The notes: generated by a model not told the origin, from the letters alone. Counted from the whole stretch's first letter, positions 43,727 through 54,919 are shown. The stretch: 63,645 nt of DNA, filler included, from 9 parts of 9 records of this genome joined end to end with filler, not necessarily neighbours in it, one strand, 5' to 3'. Translations and numbers: made by a program.

Positions 43727-44977
43727 ATGAAATTAGGAAAATATTCAATTGGTACCGGAGATAGATTTGCCCATCAAGGTAAAGCCCAACTTGAAGCGGT
43801 CATAAAGGCAAAAAAAGATGGTGTCGAGGTTTTGCCAGTCTGGAATAAATCATATCGAGAGCATTCCACCATAAACAGCCAGCCTGCAGATACCCGCAAT
43901 GAAGCGGACAACGCTGTAAAAACCCTGGGATGGAAAAACGATTATTTTGTCGATGCAGATCATGTTGGTATGGGCAATATTGATCATTTTATGGATTCCA
44001 GTAATTTTTTCACCCTGGATGTGGCTGATTTTATTTCGAAAAATGCAAGTGACGAAGAAATTAACGATTTTGTCTCAAAATGCAAAAAGTATGTGGGGAA
44101 ACTGGAAATTCCTGACATTGATGAAGCCTTTGATATTTCCGAGCAACTGGTTAAAGACATTGCAGCCAAATTTCTCTATGCTGTGCAGGAAGCCGGACGT
44201 ATTTATCGTCATATTTTGACAAAAAAAGATAAGGACACCTTTGTTGTTGAAGTGTCCATGGATGAAACAGATGAACCGCAAACACCTGTCGAAATGTTCT
44301 TTATTTTAGCAGCCATCGCATTTGAAGGTATCCCAGCCCAGACTATTGCACCGAAATTTACAGGTCGCTTTAACAAGGGTGTAGATTATGTCGGCGATGT
44401 CGACCAGTTTAGTAAAGAATTTGAACAGGATATTGCTGTCATCAATTTTGCCATTAATGAATTTGATCTTTTACCCAATCTGAAACTCAGTGTCCATTCC
44501 GGCAGTGACAAGTTTTCTATCTATGGACCTATCAACAAAGCCATAAAAAAGTTTGATGCAGGTTTACATCTCAAAACAGCCGGGACCACCTGGCTTGAGG
44601 AAATTATTGGTTTGGCAATGGCTGGTGGAGATGGCCTGGAACTGGCAAAAGAGATCTATCGTAAAGCCTATGCCAAATATGACGCTCTGTGCAAACCTTA
44701 TGCAACGGTTATCGATATTGATTTTGATAAATTACCCACGCCTGATCAGGTTGATTCATGGGATAGCGAAACCTATGCCTCCAGTCTGAGACACGATCAA
44801 CAAAATGACCTGTATAATTTGCACTTTCGCCAATTACTACACGTGGGCTACAAGATTGCAGCTGATATGGGAGAACGTTATCTGGATATGTTAGAAAAAC
44901 ATGAGACTGTTGTTGCTGAAAATGTAACGGAAAACATTTATGACCGCCATCTGAAACCACTTTTCATTGCTGGTTGA
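43727..44977 (+). CDS. uxaE: Tagaturonate/fructuronate epimerase
   Basis: GTGDRF, VDADH, EVSMDETD, KLSVHSGSDKFS and HLKTAGTTWLE motifs. Confidence 0.92.
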   Translation: MKLGKYSIGTGDRFAHQGKAQLEAVIKAKKDGVEVLPVWNKSYREHSTINSQPADTRNEADNAVKTLGWKNDYFVDADHVGMGNIDHFMDSSNFFTLDVADFISKNASDEEINDFVSKCKKYVGKLEIPDIDEAFDISEQLVKDIAAKFLYAVQEAGRIYRHILTKKDKDTFVVEVSMDETDEPQTPVEMFFILAAIAFEGIPAQTIAPKFTGRFNKGVDYVGDVDQFSKEFEQDIAVINFAINEFDLLPNLKLSVHSGSDKFSIYGPINKAIKKFDAGLHLKTAGTTWLEEIIGLAMAGGDGLELAKEIYRKAYAKYDALCKPYATVIDIDFDKLPTPDQVDSWDSETYASSLRHDQQNDLYNLHFRQLLHVGYKIAADMGERYLDMLEKHETVVAENVTENIYDRHLKPLFIAG

Positions 44978-45038
44978 GGCATTATGGCAGCTCTTCTGAA
45001 GAGCGGTTAAACGATATAACACGTAGCAAAGGTAAATA

Positions 45039-46103
45039 ATGAACAACAATGATGTAATGTATGGTGCGGTTTTAGAAAATTATAAAAATGTTCAATGGAA
45101 ACAGGTGCCAATACCAGATATAGAAGAAAATCAGGTTTTGATTAAAGTTGGTCATGCCGGTATATGTGGAAGTGATCAACATATTTTTAATGGAGACTTT
45201 CAACCACGAACCAAAACACCGTTTATTCAGGGCCACGAGTTTGCCGGTACGATTGTCGCGACCGGTAACAAGGTCAAGGATTACAAAGAAGGAGATCGGG
45301 TTACTGTTGATCCTATTATCTGGTGCGGTACATGTGCGGCATGTCAGATTGGTCATTATCCTGCCTGCACCTCTTTAAAGCTGATCGGTGTTGATATGAA
45401 CGGGGGCTTTGGCGAGTACGTTGCTGCAAGTGAAGATATGCTGTATAGACTAGGACCTGAAATATCCGATAAACATGCTGCTCTTGTTGAGATGTATTCA
45501 ATAGGATTTCATGCATGTAAGCGGGCAGGTGTTCAAAAAGGAGATTCTATAGCCATCTGGGGTGCGGGACGAATAGGACAGTGTATCCTGCAGGCGGCGC
45601 GCACTAAAACAGAAAATACGATTTTTATAGTGGATGTTCTTGATAACAGATTGAAAATAGCACGGGATTCTGTCGCAAATGTTGTGAGTATTAATTCGAA
45701 AGAAACGGATCCCGTAGCCGTTATAATGGAACAGACCAAAGGTCGCGGCGTGGATGTGGCTTTTGAAGCTGTCGGCCACGCGCAACCGATTGAAAAGAGA
45801 CCTCATCCCGTACGTTGCTGTATTCAAAGTATTCGCGGCGCAGGTACGGTGTGTACTCTGGGCCTGGCAGATGATCCTGCTCCTATAGATATGAAAGAGC
45901 TCATTTGGGGTGAAGCAAAAATTATTGCATCCCGGGTCAGCCATGGTGAGTTTAGCGAATCCATTGAGCATATGTCGCAAGGTCATTTAAATCCAGATGC
46001 GTTGATCTCTTGTGTTTTACCGGCCAGTGAAACGCAGGACGCTTTTGCTATGCTGGAAAATAATCCACAGGACTATTTGAAAATAGTATTAAAATTAAGC
46101 TAA
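45039..46103 (+). CDS. Zn-dependent sugar-acid/polyol dehydrogenase (MDR family)
   Basis: GICGSD, GHEFAG, CGTCAAC...C and GAGRIG motifs. Confidence 0.9.
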   Translation: MNNNDVMYGAVLENYKNVQWKQVPIPDIEENQVLIKVGHAGICGSDQHIFNGDFQPRTKTPFIQGHEFAGTIVATGNKVKDYKEGDRVTVDPIIWCGTCAACQIGHYPACTSLKLIGVDMNGGFGEYVAASEDMLYRLGPEISDKHAALVEMYSIGFHACKRAGVQKGDSIAIWGAGRIGQCILQAARTKTENTIFIVDVLDNRLKIARDSVANVVSINSKETDPVAVIMEQTKGRGVDVAFEAVGHAQPIEKRPHPVRCCIQSIRGAGTVCTLGLADDPAPIDMKELIWGEAKIIASRVSHGEFSESIEHMSQGHLNPDALISCVLPASETQDAFAMLENNPQDYLKIVLKLS

Positions 46104-46119
46104 CAGGAGAAAAGTAAAG

Positions 46120-46848
46120 ATGAAATGGGTGCCTAATTGTCTATTAACAATCGCGGTTATGTTTTTGGCTTGTCAGTCACAACAACAATACAGTTGGATC
46201 GAATTACAAATGCAGCCCGGTCTGGAAGAGTGGCAGGGAGAATCAGGCGAATGGTTTGTAGCAGCTGATGTAAAGATGAATCCGGAAGATGAGAAACATT
46301 TTATTTCAGAACCAGGAACAGGCGTGGCTGTCAATGGAGAAAAGGGTCGCACAAAACATCTTTTCAGTAAAGCTGAATATGGTTCCTGTGAATTACACGT
46401 AGAATTCATGGTACCGCGTGGATCCAACTCGGGTGTTTATGTGATGGGCCGTTATGAAGTACAAATTTATGATAGCTATGGTGTAGAGGAGCCGAAAATT
46501 GTAGATTGCGGTGCCATATACCAGCGATATATTGAAGAGAAAAAATATGGTTACGAAGGGCACGCACCACGAGTTAATGCCAGCCTGCCTCCGGGTGAAT
46601 GGCAAACCTTTGATATCATTTTTTGTGCGCCGAAATTTGATGCACAAAATAATAAAATTGCCAATGCCAAATTTGTCAAGGTTGTGCATAACGGACAGAT
46701 CGTACATGAAAACGTGGAACTGACAGGCCCAACCCGTTCTGCCGCGTTTGAGGATGAAAAACCTCTGGGACCGCTTATGTTCCAGGGTGATCACGGACCT
46801 GTTGCTTATCGTAATATTCGTTTAAAACCTGCAAGTTGCGACCAGTAA
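46120..46848 (+). CDS. DUF1080 (3-keto-glycoside hydrolase-like) lipoprotein
   Basis: Lipobox FLAC; NSGVY, YEVQIYDS and QGDHGPVAYRNI motifs. Confidence 0.88.
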   Translation: MKWVPNCLLTIAVMFLACQSQQQYSWIELQMQPGLEEWQGESGEWFVAADVKMNPEDEKHFISEPGTGVAVNGEKGRTKHLFSKAEYGSCELHVEFMVPRGSNSGVYVMGRYEVQIYDSYGVEEPKIVDCGAIYQRYIEEKKYGYEGHAPRVNASLPPGEWQTFDIIFCAPKFDAQNNKIANAKFVKVVHNGQIVHENVELTGPTRSAAFEDEKPLGPLMFQGDHGPVAYRNIRLKPASCDQ

Positions 46849-46960
46849 AAAAAGAAAACATGAACCGCTGAGATATATTAAAATGACTATTTATAAAGAT
46901 GTATATCAGCGAAGCCGGCGCTTGCTACGGTTAATCTGCGTCCCAAATTGAAATTTGGGA

Positions 46961-47060
46961 NNNNNNNNNNNNNNNNNNNNNNNNNNNNNNNNNNNNNNNN
47001 NNNNTTAATTAATTAANNNNNNNNNNNNNNNNNNNNNNNNNNNNNNNNNNNNNNNNNNNN
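46961..47060. other. Artificial contig spacer
   Basis: N-run with TTAATTAATTAA. Confidence 0.99.
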
Positions 47061-47165
47061 GTGGTAAATCAATAATCACTGACTCCCTAAAACCAAGGGA
47101 TCGCAAGAGTTTCCGATATTACAAAAATCGGAGAGCAATGCGCTGGAACGACACTTACAATGAAG

Positions 47166-47219
47166 GCCCTGCCGGAGTTGGTCATTCAGATGAAATGATA
47201 ACTCTGTCGGGGTTTTTTT
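47166..47219. terminator. Hairpin with T-tract at the end of the GntR gene
   Basis: CCCTGCCGGAGTT...AACTCTGTCGGGG followed by a T-run. Confidence 0.55.
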
Positions 47220-47880
47220 ATGAGTTGCTGACTTGCTTTACGGCAAACCCTTTGGCAAGGGTAAGATCGTTGTCGATCCATTGAATGGCGTCTGCCGTTT
47301 TTCGATCAAGCAGCAATTGAGTCAGGCGTTTGTGTTTTTCAACCTCACGATCCAAATCATTTCGATCTTGATCTATGGACGCAATGACGAGCTGCAGCTC
47401 TCGCATGAGAGTCTTTTCGGTTTCCATGAGACGTTTGCTGCCGATCAGTCCAACTAGAATTGAGTGAAATTCAATATGAGCCTCTGCCGATCCCAGTGTA
47501 TCACCTGTGAGCGCTGTCGCCGCGTATTGATCCATCGCTTTTTTTAGCTTTTCCAACGTTTTATCCGAACATTCGGCAGCCGCATTTACGGCAGCGGTTT
47601 CCAATACACTTCTGGTTAAAAAAATATCTTCAACTTCCGCAACAGTCAGTTTTCGAGCCATAACCCCCTTGTTGGGTACATGTACGACCAACCCATCGGA
47701 TGTCAGCGCCCTCAGTGCTTCCCGTACAGTACTTCTGGAGACGGAAAATACCTGGGACAGATTCATCTCTTTCAACTGTTCTCCGGGCCTGATCTTCCCA
47801 TCAAACAATGCTCTTTTAAGAGCGTCAACGACCCTGTCAACCGTTGTTGAACGCTCAATTTTTATTCCTTCCAACTCCAC
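47218..47880 (-). CDS. GntR-family regulator (FCD type)
   Basis: PGEQLKE, VSRSTVREAL and FH motifs. Confidence 0.92.
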   Translation of the reverse strand: MELEGIKIERSTTVDRVVDALKRALFDGKIRPGEQLKEMNLSQVFSVSRSTVREALRALTSDGLVVHVPNKGVMARKLTVAEVEDIFLTRSVLETAAVNAAAECSDKTLEKLKKAMDQYAATALTGDTLGSAEAHIEFHSILVGLIGSKRLMETEKTLMRELQLVIASIDQDRNDLDREVEKHKRLTQLLLDRKTADAIQWIDNDLTLAKGFAVKQVSNS

Positions 47881-47985
47881 TGAAGGCCTCTCTTTGCTTG
47901 AATATGAATAATTACGGGCTCTAATCGTTTTTCATCACTTGAGATGAAGGAATGAGTACGAAACAACTTTCCCATTTCAAAAAAC

Positions 47986-48010
47986 GGGGACAGATTAACA
48001 ATCCGTCCCC
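47986..48010. repeat. REP-like palindrome
   Basis: GGGGACAGATT-AAC-AATCCGTCCCC, intergenic within a co-directional gene run. Confidence 0.45.
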
Positions 48011-48046
48011 TAGTCGCAAAAATGGACAACGGATTAAAACCCATTC

Positions 48047-49336
48047 CTAAATAACGATCCGTCCCTCGGAAACGACATGACCGACCAAAGACGCTCCAAT
48101 CCGGGTACCGATTTCATTGGGGTGGGAGCAATTTAAAATTGTCAAATCTCCGCGTTTCCCGATATCCAGAGATCCCCGATCACTGCCACAACCAAGGACG
48201 TAAGCCGCATTGAGGGTTGCACCGACAACTGCCTCTGCCGGTGTAAAACCAAACCATGAACATGCCAAGGCAATGGTCAAGATCAATGATGTTGACTGAA
48301 ACGATGAACAATAATCGGTTGCAATGGCCACAGGGACTTCCATATCAATGAATAATCTGCCGTTGGCTTTCCGATTATCAAGATAAAATTGTTCCGCCAT
48401 CGGCAGCAAAACGGCAATGGTTTCCGTTGTACCCATACTTCTGATTTCCGAATCCGGGGTATATGTCAAATGATCGGCTGCAATTGCACCGCCTTCAACT
48501 GCCGTACGCCAGCCATGGGAATGGTCGGATGCATCGGCATGTACTCTTGTGGGCATACCGGCCAGCCTGCTTTTATTTAACAAATCTGCGGCGAGATTTG
48601 CTGAAAAATCACCGATTTCACAAGTGATATCATGAAATTGGGCGATGTTTTGCTTCATCACCTTGGGTAGCATCTCATCCCGGACTGTGGCGGCATACTC
48701 TTCGGGACCGGGCCCGTCCTGGGGAGCGATGTGGGCACCAAGAAATGTAAAAACAATATCTGCGGCGGTCTCTTTGGATGCTGCTTCAAGAAGCTTTAAA
48801 AGGCGTAATTCATGTTCTGTTGTCAAGCCATACCCGGATTTGGCTTCAATGGTGGTGGCTCCACCGGCAAGGATTGCGTTGAAAGCCTGAACGGTATTGT
48901 TGATTAACTTTGTATCCTCTGCGGCCCGGGTATTGACAATGGTCGACCAGATGCCACCACCTTCTTGTCTGATATTTTTGCCCGAATCTCCCTGAAGTCT
49001 TCGAACATATTCCCAATGGCGGTTTCCAGAGAAGACAGGGTGACAGTGAGACTCGACCAGGCCTGGCAATACCGCACATCCTTTAATATCGAGGGTCGGG
49101 ACATCGCTACCGGTATCCTTTAAAACCGCTGGTGTCGGACCGACTGAAACGATCCGCCCGTCGCGTATGGCCACCGCGCCATCTTCAATAATATCAAGCT
49201 CACCTTGGAATTTGCCGGATCTGGGTCTGCCGGTATCGTGAATTTGAGCGAGTGTGTCAGCATGAATTACATTAAGGTCGGATGTCATTGTTTTATTATC
49301 ACTCATACCGTTAACTTGAGAATCATAACTTCTCAT
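48047..49336 (-). CDS. hutI: Imidazolonepropionase-like amidohydrolase (divergent)
   Basis: PGLVESHCH, GGGI.ST, E.KSGYGL, FLGAH, ADHL, ATD and TLNAA motifs. Confidence 0.8.
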   Translation of the reverse strand: MRSYDSQVNGMSDNKTMTSDLNVIHADTLAQIHDTGRPRSGKFQGELDIIEDGAVAIRDGRIVSVGPTPAVLKDTGSDVPTLDIKGCAVLPGLVESHCHPVFSGNRHWEYVRRLQGDSGKNIRQEGGGIWSTIVNTRAAEDTKLINNTVQAFNAILAGGATTIEAKSGYGLTTEHELRLLKLLEAASKETAADIVFTFLGAHIAPQDGPGPEEYAATVRDEMLPKVMKQNIAQFHDITCEIGDFSANLAADLLNKSRLAGMPTRVHADASDHSHGWRTAVEGGAIAADHLTYTPDSEIRSMGTTETIAVLLPMAEQFYLDNRKANGRLFIDMEVPVAIATDYCSSFQSTSLILTIALACSWFGFTPAEAVVGATLNAAYVLGCGSDRGSLDIGKRGDLTILNCSHPNEIGTRIGASLVGHVVSEGRIVI

Positions 49337-49397
49337 TTTTCATACGTCATGGAGAAAGACTCATATCCATCAAGTACAATTTTTTGATTCCAATCTG

Positions 49398-50262
49398 TTA
49401 TGGTTGTTGGCCGTTAATCAGAGGCGCGGGGAGCGCACCCGTTGAAATATCCCATTTATCAAGGATTCTTTTGTAGGAGCCGTTGTTAAACAACTCTCTA
49501 GTGGCGGCATATACCGCATCTCTCAACTGGCTATTTTTCTTTGAAAAACAGATGCCATAGGGATCAGGATTCAGGACAGGTCCAACCGGAACAAACTGTC
49601 CCGGATTTTCTTTGGCAAGCCAACCAAGCACTTCCGGGCTGATTGCAGAGGCCTGAGCGCGTCCTTGGATCATCTGTAGACGAGCAGTTGCTTCGGAATC
49701 AACCGCCAGAATAGTCACCGCTGCCAACCCTTTGGATTCAAGGTTATCCCGGCTCCATTTTTCCATGGTAGTCAGATAGTCGGTTGCCGCTGAAACTGCA
49801 AATGTTTTTCCGCTTAAGTCGGCAATTTCTTTAATGGTGTCTGCGTATTTTTTCAATGTAAAACACTGAGTGCCGGAGTTAAAATAATCTATGAAATCGA
49901 GTGTTTTTCTGCGAACAGCCGTATCTGAAATACCCGAAAGCACCATGTCCACTCTGTTGGTATTGATTGAGTTGATCAACTGGTCGAATTTCTGATCATC
50001 AAAAACAATTTTGATATCCAGGACGTTCCCGAGGGCTTTGGCCAGGTCTACGTCGAATCCGACAAGCTCGTCTTCTCCCGGTTCTTTGTATTCCATGGGG
50101 GAAAATTCCGTTAATACCAATGATAATTTTCCCTTTGGCTTTGATCGCGTCCGGAAGCATGTCATGGTAGCTCTCACAGAACGCTGTTGAGGACAGACAA
50201 CAAAAAGTTAAAAGAACGACAACACTATTTCTGATTGCGGCACAGATACGGTTTGAATACAT
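49398..50262 (-). CDS. Polar amino-acid ABC substrate-binding protein (frameshift near 50098)
   Basis: Signal peptide; FPPMEY once corrected, GFDVDL and Y..IL.KW. Confidence 0.9.
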
Positions 50263-50348
50263 CGAGATTTTCTCCTTCCGACCGGAACTTTTTCCGGCTG
50301 TTTAAAACAACTCATTCAAATTTTGCCTCTCTTTTCATGCCGTGCGGA

Positions 50349-51124
50349 TCACTTTCCCACATTGGCAAGAAAGGCTCTGGTTCTTTGATGTTCGGGATTG
50401 TCAAAAAGAGTTTCAGGTGAGCCGGTTTCAACGACAATCCCTTGATCCATAAGGACCACTCTATGGGCAACCCCCCTGGCAAAACCAATTTCATGGGTAA
50501 CGACCACCATTGTCATTCCGCTATTGGCGAGATCTTTCATAACCGCCAACACCTCCCCGACAAGCTCCGGATCCAGCGCACTGGTGGGCTCATCAAACAG
50601 CATGAGTTTGGGCTCCATAGCCAAGGATCTGGCAATGGCAACCCGCTGCTGCTGCCCCCGGACAGCTGTTTTGGATAACTGGATTCCCATCTGCTGAGGC
50701 CGACTTTATCCAGTAACTTTTTTGCCCGGTGGATCGCCGTATCCTTTTCTTCTTTTTTGACAAGAACCGGACCTTCAATGAGATTTTGCAATACCGTCAT
50801 GTGTGGAAAGAGATTGAAGTGCTGAAAGACCATTCCGATGTCTCTTCTGAGACGGCAGATCTCCTTTTCTTTCTGTTCATAGATCCGGCCGTTATGAAGC
50901 CTCCCACCCATTAAATTCCCATCAACATAAATCTTGCCCCGATCAATTTTTTCCAAATGATTGATGCACCGTAAGAGTGTGCTTTTCCCCGATCCTGATG
51001 GCCCTAGAAGGCACATCACTTCCCCTGTTTGGACCTCCAGGTCGATCCCTTTTAGAATCTCATTTTTGCCATAGGATTTATGGACATTTTCCACCCTTAA
51101 CATCGGCTGATTTGTTTTTGTCAT
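50349..51124 (-). CDS. Polar amino-acid ABC ATP-binding protein (frameshift near 50655)
   Basis: [25 protein letters not shown] once corrected, [12 protein letters not shown]. Confidence 0.93.
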
Positions 51125-52007
51125 CGGGCACCTCCGGCTTTTACACGCCGCGTCGTCACCATCTGGATAATATTCTGCAGCAACGACTGTTTGGATTGAT
51201 GTTCCTGTCCCCGGGAAAAATAGTCTTCTATGACAGTTTGCAAAAGAGATAGAATCGTGACGACAATCAGATACCATCCTGTTGCCACGATCAAAAGCTC
51301 CATCACCTTGGCATTCACAAAATAGATCAATTGCGCTCTGTGAAGCAATTCCGTATAAGCAATGGCACTTGCCATCGAGGATGTTTTCAGAAGACCGATA
51401 AATTCATTACCCAAGGGGGGATGATAACACGCATGGCCTGGGGAAGGACAATGCGCCGCATGGCCTGTAATCGCGTCATACCCAGAGTGGACGCCGCATC
51501 CAGCTGTCCCTGGTCAACAGAAAGTATTCCGCCTCGAACAATTTCCGTCATATAGGCACCTTCGTTGATCCCAAGCCCCAACAGTGCTGCAAAAAAAGGG
51601 GTCATGACGTCAACCATTCTTCCTTCCCAAAACCCAAGATTGATCGTTGGAAAGACAAGGGCTAAGTTAAACCAGATCAATAGCTGAAGGTAGATTGGCG
51701 TTCCTCTGAAAATCCAGATATAAAACCCGGCAAACCAGCGGGTAACAGGATTTTTAGATAATCGCATGACTGCGAAAACGATGCCGAGGATCACCCCCGT
51801 TATCATGGCAAAAACCGTTATCAAGATGGTATTTCCAAGCCCTTTTATCAGGGTCGGTGCCATGAAAAACCGACCGACCACAGGCCAGTCTATCTGCCCT
51901 TGGGCAAATGCCCGAATGATCACCATAAGAAGTAATATGACCAAGGCACCGGAAACCCATCGGCCATAGTGCCGAAGTGGAATTATTCTGTCATTGTCCG
52001 TTGTCAT
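51121..52007 (-). CDS. Polar amino-acid ABC permease (frameshift near 51415)
   Basis: FRGTP, AYMTEIVRGG, LPQAMR and NEFIGLLKTSS motifs. Confidence 0.93.
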
Positions 52008-52125
52008 CGCACCTCCCTCCAGTACCTCTTCTGTAGGCACACAATCTGTCAATTGCCCTGTGGATAAAAATTCAGTTGAGTGTCCTGCGTCAAACCCATT
52101 TCACAATGACAAAATGTCTGAATGT

Positions 52126-52144
52126 ATTATTGTCTGACAATAAT
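52126..52144. promoter_or_regulatory. Putative GntR/FadR operator
   Basis: Perfect palindrome ATTATTGTC-T-GACAATAAT upstream of an operon that ends in a GntR gene. Confidence 0.65.
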
Positions 52145-52162
52145 TGTTAGCATGGAATTTTT

Positions 52163-52262
52163 NNNNNNNNNNNNNNNNNNNNNNNNNNNNNNNNNNNNNN
52201 NNNNNNTTAATTAATTAANNNNNNNNNNNNNNNNNNNNNNNNNNNNNNNNNNNNNNNNNNNN
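52163..52262. other. Artificial contig spacer
   Basis: N-run with TTAATTAATTAA. Confidence 0.99.
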
Positions 52263-52680
52263 GAGAGCTAACTCGAAAGGTTTCACATTTGTTTTTTGCA
52301 TTGATCCCAATTCCTGAAACTCAATATTCCCCCCTGTAAAATAGCGCATGGATGCGCCTATTGTTTCGAGCTCGCTTACTTTTTTAAAGGTGGAGAGGCT
52401 CCCAAGGTACATATCATCGAAAATATTTCGCAGCCAAGGGCTGTATGTCATACTTATTCCCCCTTTCGATTCGGCAAATTGATACTTTGCTGCATTCCAG
52501 TACTGCGAATTCATATCAGGAGATGTTGCCACTCCACTCCCCCAGGCTATTTCCACGCGAATCGGGATTTACAGTTAGGAAGGAAGCACCAGTTGTAACA
52601 AGTAATCTACCGGCTTCCTGCGTATATGCAACTAGCGATAGTTGAATTAATACGCTTAAAATAACACCTATTTTCTTCAT
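52263..52680 (-). CDS. porV: T9SS outer-membrane shuttle PorV (3'-truncated; frameshift near 52540)
   Basis: Signal peptide; TTGASFLTVNPDSR..G..GVATSPDMNSQYWNAAKY.F, YSPWL and S.RYF motifs. Confidence 0.88.
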
Positions 52681-52786
52681 TGGTTTTTTTTAGTTTTTCT
52701 CGCTCTTTGTATCTGTTTCTACCCTTCCTACTTCCCTAATGGGAATGTTACCATTTCACTTGTCTAGTGATTCTTGGTTCTTGGTT

Positions 52787-53266
52787 TTACCTTTTCATAA
52801 TTTTTCGTTTTCCCAAAAGCTTTTTCGTTTCAATATCATGAACCAATAATCCGTAGATCCCAGCACTTAAAAAACCTAAATCATAAGAAAACTGTGCTGG
52901 TTGCTCAAACTCATCAATTAATCGCCCATTATTATTAATGACTCGTATTAAAAACCGATCACGGCTATTATCATCAATATCTACATTAATGATATTATCA
53001 AAAGGATTGGGTAAAGAACTAAATGCTTTTAAAGTTTCTTCTGTACTTGTATAATTCAGATCGAAAATCAGATAATCAAAGCCTATACCTACAAAAGCTT
53101 GCTGTTTGCATAAACCAATCGTGGGTTCTCCAATGCAAATAAAGGCTGAGCCATTTCCAGATTCAAGGCTCATTGAGCAAGGAGAAATCATTCCCTTTTT
53201 TTCCTGTGCTGTTACTGTCAGCGCTAAAAAAAATAAGATTACTGATATGGTTAGTTGATACTTCAT
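52787..53266 (-). CDS. Small secreted protein with T9SS type A C-terminal domain
   Basis: Signal peptide ending AQ; short domain MIS...S...IGEP...GF; CTD PNPF...G....L.AGIY...KIMK. Confidence 0.83.
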   Translation of the reverse strand: MKYQLTISVILFFLALTVTAQEKKGMISPCSMSLESGNGSAFICIGEPTIGLCKQQAFVGIGFDYLIFDLNYTSTEETLKAFSSLPNPFDNIINVDIDDNSRDRFLIRVINNNGRLIDEFEQPAQFSYDLGFLSAGIYGLLVHDIETKKLLGKRKIMKR

Positions 53267-53472
53267 ATATCTCTTTTTTGTATTCAATTTTAACTACTTT
53301 ATACAATCGAGTTCGATTTGTACAATTTTTGTATTTAGTAATAATTTGCTCTAATTAGAACTTATCAAGTGCCTTCATCTCAATTGGTAAACCATCAAGT
53401 ATTACCGGACACTCAACTAATCTGTTTAAATAAGGACCAGGAAATGCCAATCCATAAACATATGCTAGTTTA

Positions 53473-54908
53473 TCAATACCCATCAGTTGTTTCTATTACG
53501 CCCAAAATGACTTTAAGCTCTTCTTTACTGTGAATTAAAGAAAACAGCTCAACAATATTAGCAGGCACTGCCTCAATTACATTTTCTTTCCCTAACACAA
53601 GCATTGAGGGTGTTGACAGCAATACATAATCTTTAGCAACTCGTCCGTTAATTCCATCAGGTGCATGAAAGTCTGCCCACTCAAAAGCTTGTTGATTATG
53701 GTATTCTTTCCAGGTTTCAAAATCATCATCCAGTGAAATAGTGTGAATACTTAATTGAGATGAAACATCTGTTGAACCTTGCCACTTTTTCAACGCATCC
53801 ATGCTTTTACTGCAATGTCCACAACCCGATTCGTAGAAAAAAGCAAAACCAGTTTATCTTCATTATTGAATAAGTCAACAGGTTCTCCCAATTCATTTGT
53901 AAGTTGTAGTAATGGGGTTTTCTTTCCCGGAATAAGGCTTATCATCCCAGCCAGCCTTCGATTTATCTCTTGCTTTTTTGAGGTCAGGCAATTTGGTTTA
54001 TCCATATGCTCTTTAAGCATCTCAATTCCATCATGCAGCGAATAACGCTCATAGTTGGTAAATAAATAATCAACTACCCAGCCATATAAACGAGGATGCC
54101 CGGCCGATGCAAGCTCTGCCAGTTTACTTCCTGCTTCTGTCATATGATTTTCACGATTAAAACCTTTTAGCTGAACCAGCATTTCATTCATGCTCATGTA
54201 ATTATTGATCAGATTCAGGTAATAATCTGTATTCAGCAGAGTTGTATCCGTGAAGTATTCAAAATCAAATATATGGCTAACTACTTCCTGAACATTCATT
54301 TCTTTATTAGAGGAAATATCAGCTCCTGTAACCAACTGTTTTTTCCATATTCGGCTTACCCATAAATTACCATTTTCAGCCATCTGCTGGTTCACCCACC
54401 GATTATATGCTTCTCTCTTTTCAGAATACGTTCTGGAGGCTTGTTTCGAAAGTTCATCGTCTTCAGCATAATTAGCCAGAAAGTTTTGCAGAACCTGTAG
54501 TTGTTGCTTCTTCTCCAAACATTTGTCAATAAAAACCTCGTTCGCTAAGTTCTCAATATCTCCATACCAATTGGGTTTACTATTCCAATCTGGTATTGAT
54601 AGATATAAATCTTTATTTGTCATGAAAACATTCAGGACCTTTGCTCTATCTGTATTATTTTCAGGTTTGAGCTCAATAGTTAATTGACAAGGAAGTACTT
54701 CTGAAGACACATCATAAATGAGCGAATTACCTTGATAACTATTCTCCACTTTTAATGGCTTAGCAAGTCCATTTTCCCAATATGAAATTGCCAGTGAATT
54801 TTCGTTTGCCTCAGATAATTCAATAATTAAACTATGAATATCATTGCCTTTTGTAAGACCCACAAATGCCACAAAAAAGAAAAATAAAAATGGAACACAG
54901 ATTCTCAT
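53473..54908 (-). CDS. Periplasmic TlpA/redoxin-type protein with large N-terminal extension (frameshift near 53838)
   Basis: The corrected frame reads FYESGCGHC; ISLD, W..F and TP motifs follow; signal peptide present. Confidence 0.85.
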
Positions 54909-54919
54909 GTTTGTATTAT

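Noticed and set aside
47061-47165. Structured stretch resembling 6S RNA
   Set aside because: Hairpins are present, but the short 6S-like words are in the wrong order and the region is cut by the contig edge. An Rfam scan would be needed.
53354-53482. 42-codon minus-strand ORF (MGIDKLAYVYG...) after the redoxin
   Set aside because: No recognisable motif. It may be chance or a shifted extension of the redoxin, and cannot be supported.
4440-53840. Many frameshifted genes as programmed frameshifting, phase variation or mass pseudogenisation
   Set aside because: The shifts occur in seven contigs of varied origin, mostly at short homopolymers in otherwise intact genes. Sequencing indels are the simpler explanation; reads would be needed to confirm.
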